From: an uncultured Candidatus Bathyarchaeia archaeon
GTDB lineage: Archaea; Thermoproteota; Bathyarchaeia; Bathyarchaeales; Bathyarchaeaceae
Assembly (NCBI GenBank): GCA_964455275.1
Contig: CAYVVO010000012.1
Span: forward strand, 1 to 34,406
Direction: 5' to 3'
Length of the DNA: 34,406 bases
Positions 25,382 through 34,406 of the stretch are shown piece by piece. Made by a program: the position numbers and the translations under genes. The notes under the pieces are model-generated. The model was not told the origin of the DNA and did no database searches. It worked only from the letters and a program-made list of their open reading frames with translations. Each line of letters begins with the position of its first letter. Position 1 is the stretch's first letter.

Positions 25382-25909
25382 CTACATCCGCCCAAGCCTG
25401 CTCTTTGCTTCTTCCAAAGTTTTTTCTATCTTCTCCCAGTGCGCCCCCCGCCAATACACCTGACCGCACCCCGGACACTTCCAAAAATCATCATAATACA
25501 TAGATGTTGCCTCAGGAATCTCATCAACCACCACCCCCTTAGACACAGCCTCAATTCTGGCATTACATTTGGGACAACGAGAATCACTCAAATCAATCTC
25601 CAACATAAAACCGAACCGCCCAGCCAAATCAGCAAGTTTCCCAGCTTCATCCGTTGCCTCAACCAAAACCGCATCCAGCCCACGAGCCACAGCCTGCTGA
25701 TACAGTTCACGGTCGCGGGTAAGCAGAACCCGCTTCTCAGATTTCGCCAATTCAACAAGCTTTTCGTCGTCAGCAGACCGGAAATAATTGACGTCGTGCC
25801 CCAGCATACGAAGCCAACGGGTTAATTTGCCCAGCATGCCATCAGCTATGAACCTCAAAACCGACAACCAAACACTACTAGCAACAACATAGAATTTAAC
25901 AGTGACCAT
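25382..25909 (-). CDS. Mut7-C (DUF82) PIN-like RNase domain protein with C-terminal zinc ribbon
   Basis: RFIADGMLGKLTRWLRMLGHDV, VLLTRDREL, and CPKCN...CPGCGQVYWRGAHW. Confidence 0.85.
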   Translation of the reverse strand: MVTVKFYVVASSVWLSVLRFIADGMLGKLTRWLRMLGHDVNYFRSADDEKLVELAKSEKRVLLTRDRELYQQAVARGLDAVLVEATDEAGKLADLAGRFGFMLEIDLSDSRCPKCNARIEAVSKGVVVDEIPEATSMYYDDFWKCPGCGQVYWRGAHWEKIEKTLEEAKSRLGRM

Positions 25910-26078
25910 AAACTCAACACATCAAAATAGTGTCCACTAGGTATCCGCTGATAGTCACGTTGTTATGTGACAGAATTACAGCTGGATACAATTTAACAGA
26001 ATTTTTGATGATTTGATGCTTGGTGCAAAGCTAAATTTAAATAGCATATAACGGTGTTATCTCCCTGAGTGTCACAGC

Positions 26079-27242
26079 ATGAGAGTTTACATGGACTACG
26101 CCGCAACCACACCCGTTGACCCCAGAGTATTCAAAGCCATGAAGCCCTACTTCAGCGAAAAATACGGAAACAGCGTCTCCCTACACAAACAGGGCAGAGA
26201 AGCAAAAGAGGCACTAGAAGAATCCAGAAAAACAATCACAGAAATGATGAACGCCAAACCCAACGAACTCATATTCATGGGCAGCGCCACCGAATCCACC
26301 AACATGGCACTGAAGGGAATAGCCTTCGCCAACAGAAAAAAAGGAAAACACATAGTGACATCCAAGATAGAACATCACTGTGTGCTCGAACCTGCCCGAT
26401 GGCTAGAAAAACAAGGATTCGAAATCACTCGCCTCCCAGTAGACAAATATGGATTCATCGACACAAACCAATTAGAAAAGGCGATAAGAAAAGACACAAT
26501 CTTAGTCTCCATAATGCACGCCAACAACGAAATAGGCACCATCCAAGACATCGAAAAGATAGGGAAAATCTGCAAAGAAAAAGGCGTATACTTTCACTCT
26601 GACGCAGCCCAAAGCTTCGGCAAAATTCCCATTGACACCAAAAAAATGAGCATCGACTTGTTATCCATCAGCTCCCACAAGATGTACGGACCCAAAGGGG
26701 TCGGCGGACTCTACATACGGAAAGGCACAAAAATTGACCCACTTCTCCACGGAGGAGGACACGAATTCAGAAAACGTTCATCAACAGTAAACGTTGCCGG
26801 AATTGTCGGATTCGCCGAAGCAACCAGAATCCAAAAAAAGGAAATGGCTTCCGACGCCAAAAACCAGACTGCCCTCAGAGACAGGCTGATAAACGAACTG
26901 CTGAAAATAGAAGATGCGCAACTTACAGGACACCCAACAAAAAGGCTGCCCAACAACGCCAGCTTCTGGTTCGCTTACATCGAAGGAGAATCACTGCTCA
27001 TGCAACTAGACATGAACGGCGTATCCGCCTCCACAGGCTCAGCATGCTCCTCTGAATCCCTAGAAGCAAGCCATGTATTGCTGGCTATCGGACTGAAACC
27101 CCAGGAAGCTCACGGGTCCCTGAGACTATCTCTGGGAAAATACACCACAAACGAGGATGTTGATTACGTTCTGGAAGTAGTGCCAAAATCGGTTGAACGT
27201 TTAAGACAGATCTCGCCCTTCAAGAAAGGCTGGAAACAGTAA
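26079..27242 (+). CDS. cysteine desulfurase (class V aminotransferase, NifS/IscS-like)
   Basis: VYMDYAATTP, the PLP lysine in SSHKMYGPKGVGGLY, and the active-site loop SASTGSACSS. Confidence 0.9.
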   Translation: MRVYMDYAATTPVDPRVFKAMKPYFSEKYGNSVSLHKQGREAKEALEESRKTITEMMNAKPNELIFMGSATESTNMALKGIAFANRKKGKHIVTSKIEHHCVLEPARWLEKQGFEITRLPVDKYGFIDTNQLEKAIRKDTILVSIMHANNEIGTIQDIEKIGKICKEKGVYFHSDAAQSFGKIPIDTKKMSIDLLSISSHKMYGPKGVGGLYIRKGTKIDPLLHGGGHEFRKRSSTVNVAGIVGFAEATRIQKKEMASDAKNQTALRDRLINELLKIEDAQLTGHPTKRLPNNASFWFAYIEGESLLMQLDMNGVSASTGSACSSESLEASHVLLAIGLKPQEAHGSLRLSLGKYTTNEDVDYVLEVVPKSVERLRQISPFKKGWKQ

Positions 27243-27345
27243 GCATAACCAAAAATTTTGGGCAGAAACAAAAGTAGCTCCAGTTGACGACCAGTAACCT
27301 TAAAGACAAAAAACGTTTTAGTGCTAACAAAGGGCGACACAAACA

Positions 27346-28296
27346 ATGCCGCTTGACTTCTCTGAGATTCTTGTAACCGGAGGTGCAGGGTTCATAGGCA
27401 GCCACATCGTGGACCAACTGCTCAATGAAGGATTCAAAGTTAGGGTTCTTGACAATCTTTCTACAGGAGAAAAAAGGAATCTAGTTCAACACCGGAACAA
27501 AAAAAATTTCCAGGTCATAGAAGGCGACACCAGAAACTTCGACATGGTAAAGAAGACAGTTGAAGGTGTCGACGCGGTTATTCACGAAGCAGCCTTGGTA
27601 AGCGTCACCCGTTCAGTAGAAACTCCTCTACTATCAAACGAAATAAACGTCACCGGAACACTGAACCTGCTTAAAGCCAGCGTGGACGCACACATAAAAC
27701 GGTTTGTTTTCGCTTCCTCTTGTGCAGTATATGGAGACACCGAAACGCTGCCAAACCACGAAAAATTGGCGCCTAAGCCCCTTTCGCCTTACGCCGTCGA
27801 CAAGTTGGCTGCCGAAAATTATGCAAAAGTTTTCCACGAGGTTTATGGTCTTGAAACAGTCAGTTTACGATACTTCAATGTTTATGGTCCCAGACAAAAA
27901 CCTGGTCCTTACAGCGGCGTAATCTCCATCCTAATAAACCGCCTTTTAGAAAACAAGTCTCCGACAATTTATGGAGGCGGAGAGCAGACGCGCGACTTCG
28001 TCAACGTCAAAGATGTGGTAGAAGCAAACATGCTCGCCTTATCAAGTCGGAAGGCTGTGGGAAAGGTTTTCAACATCAGCACAGGAGAACCTATCACGAT
28101 AAACAAGCTTACAGAAACACTTCAGAAGATTATGGGTAAGTCATTCCTTAAACCCGTTCACGCCGAACCTAGACCCGGAGACATAAAGCACAGTTACGGC
28201 GACATTACTAAAGCCAGAAGAAACTTGGGATACGAACCGAAGGTCCAGCTTGAGAAGGGGCTAAGCGAGCTCGTCAGATCGTATTCAAAGCAATAA
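27346..28296 (+). CDS. NAD-dependent epimerase/dehydratase (UDP-sugar 4-epimerase-like extended SDR)
   Basis: VTGGAGFIGSH, ASSCAVYG, and YAVDKLAAE (YxxxK). Confidence 0.9.
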   Translation: MPLDFSEILVTGGAGFIGSHIVDQLLNEGFKVRVLDNLSTGEKRNLVQHRNKKNFQVIEGDTRNFDMVKKTVEGVDAVIHEAALVSVTRSVETPLLSNEINVTGTLNLLKASVDAHIKRFVFASSCAVYGDTETLPNHEKLAPKPLSPYAVDKLAAENYAKVFHEVYGLETVSLRYFNVYGPRQKPGPYSGVISILINRLLENKSPTIYGGGEQTRDFVNVKDVVEANMLALSSRKAVGKVFNISTGEPITINKLTETLQKIMGKSFLKPVHAEPRPGDIKHSYGDITKARRNLGYEPKVQLEKGLSELVRSYSKQ

Positions 28297-28300
28297 AGCA

Positions 28301-29290
28301 CTAAATGACGTCACTCTTATTCTTCATTCCAACTTTACTGAACGCGCTTTCTGCAACTTCCAATACTTTAAGCGCATCCTGAGTGTTACAAAGCGGGTCT
28401 AAAACCTTGTTCCTTTTAACAGATTCAACAAAGCACTGCAATTCCATCAATAAAGGCTCACTGGATGACACAGGTATCTCCTCCTCCACATGCCTAGACA
28501 ACCACAGGATATCATCCCAGCTTCCATGCTCAATTTTTGCTTTGGGCGGGGATCTGTAAACTCTCAGTTTTTGCTGTGCATAATTTAAGGTGTAAAAACT
28601 TTCGTTTCCGTACAGGTGGATGAGACGCAACTTATAGTTCGGCAGCCAACTTGCCTCAATGTGACTGTGCATGTGACCATACTTTAATGAAATGTACGCA
28701 TAATCTTCAAAACTGTTGTTTGATCTGCTGGAAAAATGGGCGTATAGGACTTCTGGCTGGGTTTCGGTGAGATAATTCAGTATGTCGATTTCATGGGATG
28801 CCAAATCTAAAAACACGCCGCTGTATTTCGTTCTTGGCGGAAACGGACCAAAACGCATAGAAACCGTGGAATAAATTTGAGAAAAATCTACGAGTTTCCT
28901 TAACTTGATAACTGCAGAATTAAATCTTTCAATATAGCCCACAGCCAACAACCTGTCCATTCTCGCCGCTTTCTTCATCATTTCTTCACCATTTCTTATG
29001 GTGTCAGCGAAAGGTTTCTCAACCAAAACATGTTTGCCTTTTTCCAAAGCCTCTATGACAACGCCTCTGTGCATGGAAGTGGGGGTACATACACTCACTG
29101 CATCCAAATTCTCCCCCAGAAACTCTTCTGAATCCTCAAAAAATTTGCAATTATACGTTTTGGCTAGATGCTTTTTTTCTGGATTGCTATCGCAAATACC
29201 AACTAATTCACATTCCTTCAGTTTGTTGTAAACCCTAGCATGAGCAGAGCCCATGAACCCAAGACCAACGACACCAACTTTCACTTTCAT
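28301..29290 (-). CDS. Gfo/Idh/MocA family oxidoreductase
   Basis: MKVKVGVVGLGFMGSAHARVY is a Rossmann motif. LVEKPFA is present. The ATG at 29290 is preceded by GGTGAG; the ORF opens at 29317 (TTG). Confidence 0.85.
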   Translation of the reverse strand: MKVKVGVVGLGFMGSAHARVYNKLKECELVGICDSNPEKKHLAKTYNCKFFEDSEEFLGENLDAVSVCTPTSMHRGVVIEALEKGKHVLVEKPFADTIRNGEEMMKKAARMDRLLAVGYIERFNSAVIKLRKLVDFSQIYSTVSMRFGPFPPRTKYSGVFLDLASHEIDILNYLTETQPEVLYAHFSSRSNNSFEDYAYISLKYGHMHSHIEASWLPNYKLRLIHLYGNESFYTLNYAQQKLRVYRSPPKAKIEHGSWDDILWLSRHVEEEIPVSSSEPLLMELQCFVESVKRNKVLDPLCNTQDALKVLEVAESAFSKVGMKNKSDVI

Positions 29291-29574
29291 TTTAAACTCA
29301 CCTGAATGGCTAGGCAACCGCTCGCTAATTTTGACTGACAGTGCTAATAAGCGTTAGCAAAATCCAATCAACATCCATGCGCATCTTTCATGAAAAAGTC
29401 AGCGTTTACACTGGAGTATCATCGGTCGCCGTCTTCTTTACGGCAGAGTATCCCGAAGATACTGAAAACTTTTAGCATAAAACAGAAAAGTTGCCCTGAA
29501 GAGTTGTAGTCGCCAAACCAGCGGGTTGAAAACCTCAGAAGAACGGGCAATCAGCCAACTTGCTGCAACTGTTT

Positions 29575-30195
29575 TCAAAGACCAGTTATACTTTCAGTTT
29601 TTGTAAGCATTATCTTCAAATCTATCATAATGGGGATAATGAAAAGAATCAGATAGATAATGTGAGGAATAAGCAATGCCAAAGGAACATACATGGGGAA
29701 ACTTATGAGGGTGGGCAAGAGAACGGTCAGGAGTGGTATGACTAGAATCATGTTTGATGGGTGAGGCTTGAATAGAAAAAATATGTCCTTTGTTTTGACC
29801 ATAAACGCCATCGAGATAATGAAAAGACCCCACTCAAGGGCAACATGGATTAAGCTCCCTCCTTCGATGAAAAAACCATACAGATTAGAGGTCAATGGCC
29901 ACAGTAGCTGCAGGTCTCCACCTATCAGGTAGTCTCCAATTATGATGTGCTGGATTACTGCAACGAAGTACGGTGCAGCTCTTTTTTTGTAGATTGCAAA
30001 GATAGGTAGGAAAACGAGACAGAAAAGTATCACGGAATGTAGTGGTCCTCGATGTACCAACCCAGGTATCAATAGGTCGATGTCAGGAAAAACCGATGCT
30101 AAAAACAGTAAGGGTAAATTAACGTTAACGCCCAGCGATTTGGCTGTCAGCTTTCCGGTCAAGTATCCTAAAGCAAAGTGTCCAACAGCATACAT
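29575..30195 (-). CDS. membrane-bound metal-dependent hydrolase (YdjM/DUF457-like)
   Basis: MYAVGHFALGYL...FPDIDLLIPGLVHRGPLHS plus several TM helices. ATG at 30195; the ORF opens at 30210. Confidence 0.65.
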   Translation of the reverse strand: MYAVGHFALGYLTGKLTAKSLGVNVNLPLLFLASVFPDIDLLIPGLVHRGPLHSVILFCLVFLPIFAIYKKRAAPYFVAVIQHIIIGDYLIGGDLQLLWPLTSNLYGFFIEGGSLIHVALEWGLFIISMAFMVKTKDIFFLFKPHPSNMILVIPLLTVLLPTLISFPMYVPLALLIPHIIYLILFIIPIMIDLKIMLTKTESITGL

Positions 30196-30336
30196 GAACT
30201 GTTCCCTCAAACATCTTAACGCTCACCGTATTCTTGAGGATAAATATTAACAATACTGTTTGTAGTTTCACACCGCAAATTAATACGCCAAATTCATCAA
30301 ATCTATATAGACAGAATCACCAAAGGGGGAAACTGG

Positions 30337-30657
30337 ATGAATATGCTATCTTTCGAACTAACCGCAATTGACATTATTTTGGTTTTAGCAGTTTTAGTTC
30401 TCTTTGTGCTTTACTGGACAAAGTTATCGAAAATTCCTGACGAACGATTTTTCCGAGGAATAGTGACAAAAAATACAAGCCCAGAAACGTTTACATCAAA
30501 CCCTCAAAACGACTACACAGAATGTCCGCGTGGATTTGGAAATATAAAAAAGATTGGTGATGATGGTTCTGTTTCGGAAAAGTGCTTAGGTTGCTACAGA
30601 ATCATGGAGTGCTATAGTGAGAAGGAAGAGATCAGGTCTCGGCTTAACCAAGTTTAG
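30337..30657 (+). CDS. small membrane-anchored protein with C-terminal 4-Cys cluster
   Basis: TM helix LTAIDIILVLAVLVLFVLYW, then CPRGFG-x-CLGCYRIMEC (C-x19-C-x2-C-x5-C). GGGGGA lies before the ATG. Confidence 0.55.
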   Translation: MNMLSFELTAIDIILVLAVLVLFVLYWTKLSKIPDERFFRGIVTKNTSPETFTSNPQNDYTECPRGFGNIKKIGDDGSVSEKCLGCYRIMECYSEKEEIRSRLNQV

Positions 30658-30823
30658 CGGATAAGATTAGTTGATGTATCTAAGTTGAATTTTCTATCTG
30701 TAATTGTTTTTCTGAGTAGTAATTCTGTTTTTTTGGGTTTTTGTGAATATTTGTATATGTGTAGTTCGCTTAAACGAAAATATTTATTAAGTCTTAATAC
30801 ACAGTATAACAAAGGTGAAATCA

Positions 30824-31294
30824 ATGGCAAGTAAAGAATCCATAATCACAGGAGCAATGTTCATACTCATAACCTACACACTAGGTCTATCACTAGTAAG
30901 CCAAGCATTCCCTGCAACCCAAACAAGCCAAACATTATCCAGCACAGGATCAATACAGATACAAACTACTACCGCCGACCTGGGCGTTTATTCAGATTTA
31001 GGATGCACCACTCCACTAACTTCTTTGTCATGGGGAACACTTCAACCCGGCGGAATCCAAACCCAGGATTGCTACATCAAAAACGAAGGCACTACACCAT
31101 TGACACTATCTCTGCAAACTTCAGATTGGACCCCCGCAAACGCCGAAAATTACCTTGACCTCAGCTGGAACTATAATGGATCCCCCATCGGTGCAGGTGC
31201 AGCAGTCCACGTTACATTCACGCTAACTGTAGACGCAGGCATTGAAGGAATAACAAGCTTCAGCTTTGACATCACCATAGTTGGAACCAGCTAA
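30824..31294 (+). CDS. small secreted beta-sandwich protein (possible surface-filament or adhesin subunit)
   Basis: GGTGA lies 5 nt before the ATG at 30824; the ORF opens at 30815. Hydrophobic leader IITGAMFILITYTLGLSLVSQA. The Thr/Ser-rich all-beta-looking domain includes WGTLQPGG...IKNEGTTPLTLSL...FSFDITIVG. Confidence 0.65.
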   Translation: MASKESIITGAMFILITYTLGLSLVSQAFPATQTSQTLSSTGSIQIQTTTADLGVYSDLGCTTPLTSLSWGTLQPGGIQTQDCYIKNEGTTPLTLSLQTSDWTPANAENYLDLSWNYNGSPIGAGAAVHVTFTLTVDAGIEGITSFSFDITIVGTS

Positions 31295-31612
31295 CAGAAA
31301 CAGTTCCGTGAATGGAACACACATCCTCTCCCCTTCAATATTTTTTGTTAATTAGAAATCGTGTTTTGATGAGTTAGAGCAGCTCGTATTTGATTTACTT
31401 TGATTTGACACGATAGTGTATTCTGTCAATGGATAAGATTCGGAGAGGCTAAGGAGCGGTTAGCCATTTTTAGGACTTCTAAGATCAACGTTTTTCTTAG
31501 GGGAAGAACCGTGGCAAAGTCTAGGAATAATCAAGTGGTCCTTGACTCTAAGCGGGTGTAATAAAGGGAATGCAGATTGGAAGAAGCAGGTTTTCGTCTT
31601 TCAAAGCTAAAT

Positions 31613-31822
31613 TTAGATTATGGAGGGTGTAATCGCTCGCAGTAAGACTGTGACCGTGAATGCTGCACCCAGGATAAGAGCCGCCAGTCGCAAGCGTGTT
31701 TTGTCTATTGGAAAGTTCATGCGTCCTGAGTGTGAGAACAGCAATTCTGAAGTTATAAGTAAGATTAACGCGGTGATTGCTATCCAGAGGCTGATGTCGG
31801 ATATGGAAAGAGGAAACTGCAC
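31613..31822 (-). CDS. small two-TM membrane protein (uncertain)
   Basis: The GTG start lies 4 nt after the stop of the upstream 370-aa membrane protein gene. Two hydrophobic helices. Confidence 0.4.
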   Translation of the reverse strand: MQFPLSISDISLWIAITALILLITSELLFSHSGRMNFPIDKTRLRLAALILGAAFTVTVLLRAITPSII

Positions 31823-31826
31823 TGGT

Positions 31827-32939
31827 CTAACCTTCTATGAGTTGATACCATATTTCGAGGCTTTTCAGATCTGGGGAAATTTTACTTTTGGTTATGGTTA
31901 CAGGTTTTCCGGTTTTTATAGCTAAGGCACAGCTAACGGCGCTTGTCAATGGGCACCCAACGGAGTGAATGGTTTTCAGGTTCTGGTTTTTGGAGTAAAG
32001 ATGGCTGTAGACTGAATCAGTAATTTTCACATAAACGACTTCTTTTTCAGCTTTTATCTCAAAGTTGCCAGCTAACTCCAAGTTATTTACTATAACCGTG
32101 GGTAGCCCCTCATAAAAGCTCTCTTGGTCGATCTTTGTGAAATCAGTTCTTAATTCTTTTTCAAACAGGTTTACGAGACCGGAGCCTGGAGGTGTAATGC
32201 ATATTCCTTGAGGGTTTTTAACCATAAATTGTTTTTTTGCCATTTCTTCGATGGCAGGTATGGTCATGGACTCTTTGGCTGAAATGAAAAGAATCATTTC
32301 TTTTAGGCCTGCTAGATGTTCTGGAAGATATGTGTCCTTCGGGTATGGAGGTATGTATACAGGGTTTCCTTTGTAGTTCAGATCATCGATTATTCTATCG
32401 AGTGTGGTGTAGGGTGACATGGCGGTGGCACCTAGAATTGTGCTTCTTACGAATTTGGTTGACCTGACGAAAAGGAAAAGGACTCCCCAGAATGTCAGAC
32501 CTAATCCCATAAAAGCAAGAATCGTTGATGAGGTCACGACGGAAGCAACGAGTAGCAGTGCTCCGGCGATAAGAAGGGCTATTCCGATTTTATTAGAGGG
32601 AATCTTATTGGAGCTCAGCAGTTCATGTTTCAGCAGCTCGTTTTCTCTTCGCAAATCTTCTAGAGTTTTTGCAGAAGGTGCAGAAGGAGCGGAAACGGTT
32701 GAAACATGATGGACGCGTTTCATGGGTATTTCAAGAAGGATTAGAGCAACTATTGATGTTGTGTAAAGCACCACGTTAGGAATGGAGGACTGTATGGACT
32801 CAACAAAGGTTTTGTTCCAAACGCTCATCTCGTAAATGTGTGCCCAAAAAAAGGACCACAACGCTGCGAACAGAAAGAAAAGCTGGAACAATCTAACCAT
32901 GTTGGCGGTGCTTATTCGATAAAAGTTTTGATTCAACAA
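31827..32939 (-). CDS. multi-pass membrane protein with about 200-aa C-terminal soluble domain, unknown function
   Basis: Four predicted TM helices, a short charged coiled linker (LEDLRRENELLKHELL), and a soluble C-terminus. TTG at 32939; alternative ATG at 32900. Confidence 0.6.
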   Translation of the reverse strand: MLNQNFYRISTANMVRLFQLFFLFAALWSFFWAHIYEMSVWNKTFVESIQSSIPNVVLYTTSIVALILLEIPMKRVHHVSTVSAPSAPSAKTLEDLRRENELLKHELLSSNKIPSNKIGIALLIAGALLLVASVVTSSTILAFMGLGLTFWGVLFLFVRSTKFVRSTILGATAMSPYTTLDRIIDDLNYKGNPVYIPPYPKDTYLPEHLAGLKEMILFISAKESMTIPAIEEMAKKQFMVKNPQGICITPPGSGLVNLFEKELRTDFTKIDQESFYEGLPTVIVNNLELAGNFEIKAEKEVVYVKITDSVYSHLYSKNQNLKTIHSVGCPLTSAVSCALAIKTGKPVTITKSKISPDLKSLEIWYQLIEG

Positions 32940-33216
32940 TCGCTAACAACATCCCCAATTACATTACCATTTCTAATCTTTAATGTTATGGATTATAAGT
33001 GTTTGAATGAACACATATTAATTTTAAAGTTTGCTCCCAACCTTGGAACATTTCATCAACTTGGCTACTGGAGGGATAACAAGTAGCGTTCTAGGGAAAT
33101 GACCCATCAGATGCTTCGTTACTTGTTGACTATCGGCGTAGTCTAGGGCATCAGAATAAAAGTTTGCCTGAATAAAAAATGCAGGGGGGAAGTAGCAGCA
33201 TCAAAGTAGGTGCAGC

Positions 33217-33669
33217 TTACTTGCGTTTTCTTCTTTTAACCGTGAAAAGTCCAACGGCTAACAACATAGCTATTATAGCGCCAGCTGTTCCCACTAACGG
33301 AATCTCGGGGATAACATGAACAGTGAAGTGCACCCTGAAAGTGGCACTGAACTCATTTCCATCGAGGTCTACGCTAACTTTGTATTCTCCGATCACACTT
33401 GAATCCGCACCTGAGAAGTCGTCTGGATACGTTACAGAAACTGGGCTGCCTGCTGAAACTGTTATACTTTTGCTGTATGAGCCTCCAGGAGCATCCACAG
33501 TTATTATCCCGCTGGCGTCTTCATCGCATGTTACGGTTATTACTGTTGATTCTCCAGGGATTATTTTATTTGGAGCAGTTGTGACAGTGACAGACGCAGC
33601 TTGAACCATGCTTACCATTAGAAAGGAAACTAAGAATAGTGTAGTTAGGGGTAATAATATTTTTTTCAT
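33217..33669 (-). CDS. small secreted Ig-like/beta-sandwich protein with PEIP-type C-terminal anchor
   Basis: Signal peptide MKKILLPLTTLFLVSFLMVSMVQA. Tail IPEIPLVGTAGAIIAMLLAVGLFTVKRRKRK. Confidence 0.75.
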   Translation of the reverse strand: MKKILLPLTTLFLVSFLMVSMVQAASVTVTTAPNKIIPGESTVITVTCDEDASGIITVDAPGGSYSKSITVSAGSPVSVTYPDDFSGADSSVIGEYKVSVDLDGNEFSATFRVHFTVHVIPEIPLVGTAGAIIAMLLAVGLFTVKRRKRK

Positions 33670-33871
33670 CTTCTAACTTCCCTTTTGTCTCACGTTAACA
33701 CAATTTTGACTATTTTAATACATATGGATAATGCATATGGAAAAATGGAGCAAGTATTCTATAACAAGCATTAATGAAGAAATTCGTTTTCCATACGGGC
33801 GTCTCACCAAAAATCAATTGACCCACATCGCTAACCCGATCACGAGGAAACTCTATCTCTGATTTTTTTCG

Positions 33872-34406
33872 TTATGAGCGCTTCCAAACAAGTTGCGGCT
33901 CATCATTCATATTCACGATGTCTATTTCGGCAAGCCCATTTTCTTGCAAATGATTTAACATACGAACTAACTCGTCTAAATCAGCGGGTTTGCCTGTGGC
34001 ATGTTCAAGAGCGTGAGCAATTTCTTTAGTTGTTGCTCCGGTTCCTTCATTTAACTCTTTTACAGTCTGGTACAACAGCTTTTCACTTGGCGAAACAAGT
34101 TTCTCAAATATCTTTAGGTTTTCGTTTTTTTTCCGCCATTTTCGTGTGTATTGAGTAGTTCCGGTAATAATTATAAAAAGTGTTGTTACACCAAGCAGGG
34201 ACTGCTGGAGAGGAACACTTAAAGAAAAAAGAGACTGCTCTTTTAGCGGTTCCCAATACGCTGAAATCGATTGTGCAAATGTTAGCAAGTTTTCTTCATG
34301 CATAGGGTACGCCGTTGAGTTTGCTGCCAGAATTATAAGCGTAATTCTAACAAATTTTTGTTCAACTGTGATGCCAGTGTTAAACAAAGCCTTTTCGTAC
34401 CAGTAG
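33872..34406 (-). CDS. membrane-associated protein with C-terminal winged-helix-like domain (5' end may lie outside the window)
   Basis: The frame stays open to the window edge. It has a TM segment LLGVTTLFIIITGTT, a basic stop-transfer RKWRKK, then LLYQTVKELNEGTGATTKEIAHAL...LNHLQENGLAEI, typical of a wHTH. Confidence 0.55.
   Translation of the reverse strand, partial: YWYEKALFNTGITVEQKFVRITLIILAANSTAYPMHEENLLTFAQSISAYWEPLKEQSLFSLSVPLQQSLLGVTTLFIIITGTTQYTRKWRKKNENLKIFEKLVSPSEKLLYQTVKELNEGTGATTKEIAHALEHATGKPADLDELVRMLNHLQENGLAEIDIVNMNDEPQLVWKRS

Noticed and set aside
25163-25463. Plus-strand ORFs over the triplet repeat (poly-Ser 86 aa and hydrophobic 66 aa)
   Set aside because: I saw no ribosome-binding site for either. 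The 86-aa ORF runs antisense into the 3' end of the Mut7-C gene. Openness in all frames is a by-product of the (TCN)n repeat. The minus-strand acidic frame is the only one with both an SD and a terminator, and it remains unproven.

Overview
This looks like an archaeal chromosomal segment. It carries a group II chaperonin (thermosome), UPF0147 and UPF0148 proteins, Lrp/AsnC regulators, oligo-T terminators and tRNAs with encoded CCA. I cannot determine the lineage by eye. All homology calls come from remembered family motifs, not from searches. I support about 35 coding regions and two tRNA-Thr genes. I found no rRNA, CRISPR array, transposase or integrase. Housekeeping genes include PEP carboxykinase, ThiL, a MetE-like protein, Nudix, thermosome, ROK kinase, cysteine desulfurase, a sugar epimerase and a Gfo/Idh/MocA oxidoreductase. 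Between them sit several large secreted or membrane-anchored surface proteins: two NosD-like beta-helix proteins, a PQQ-like beta-propeller, a 930-950 aa protein with two ectodomains, and small beta-sandwich proteins. Main observations: (1) A 16-bp palindrome, GTCAAG-N4-CTTGAC, occurs five times in two phased arrays. Both arrays lie 42-49 nt upstream of surface-protein genes, which suggests an uncharacterised regulon. (2) Four secreted proteins end in an IPE[FI]P/PDF motif, a TM helix and a basic tail, resembling archaeosortase signals. A decayed copy of this tail lies in a 630-bp AT-rich gap. (3) A 22-codon ultra-acidic micro-ORF with its own SD and terminator sits next to a Mut7-C/PIN-like RNase gene. 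(4) A surface protein carries a clan-CD-like His/Cys signature and an internal TM hairpin. (5) A coiled-coil stalk protein ends in a transglutaminase-like domain. (6) Two tRNA-Thr genes differ only at the wobble base. None of this is proven, and decisive checks are listed with each finding.
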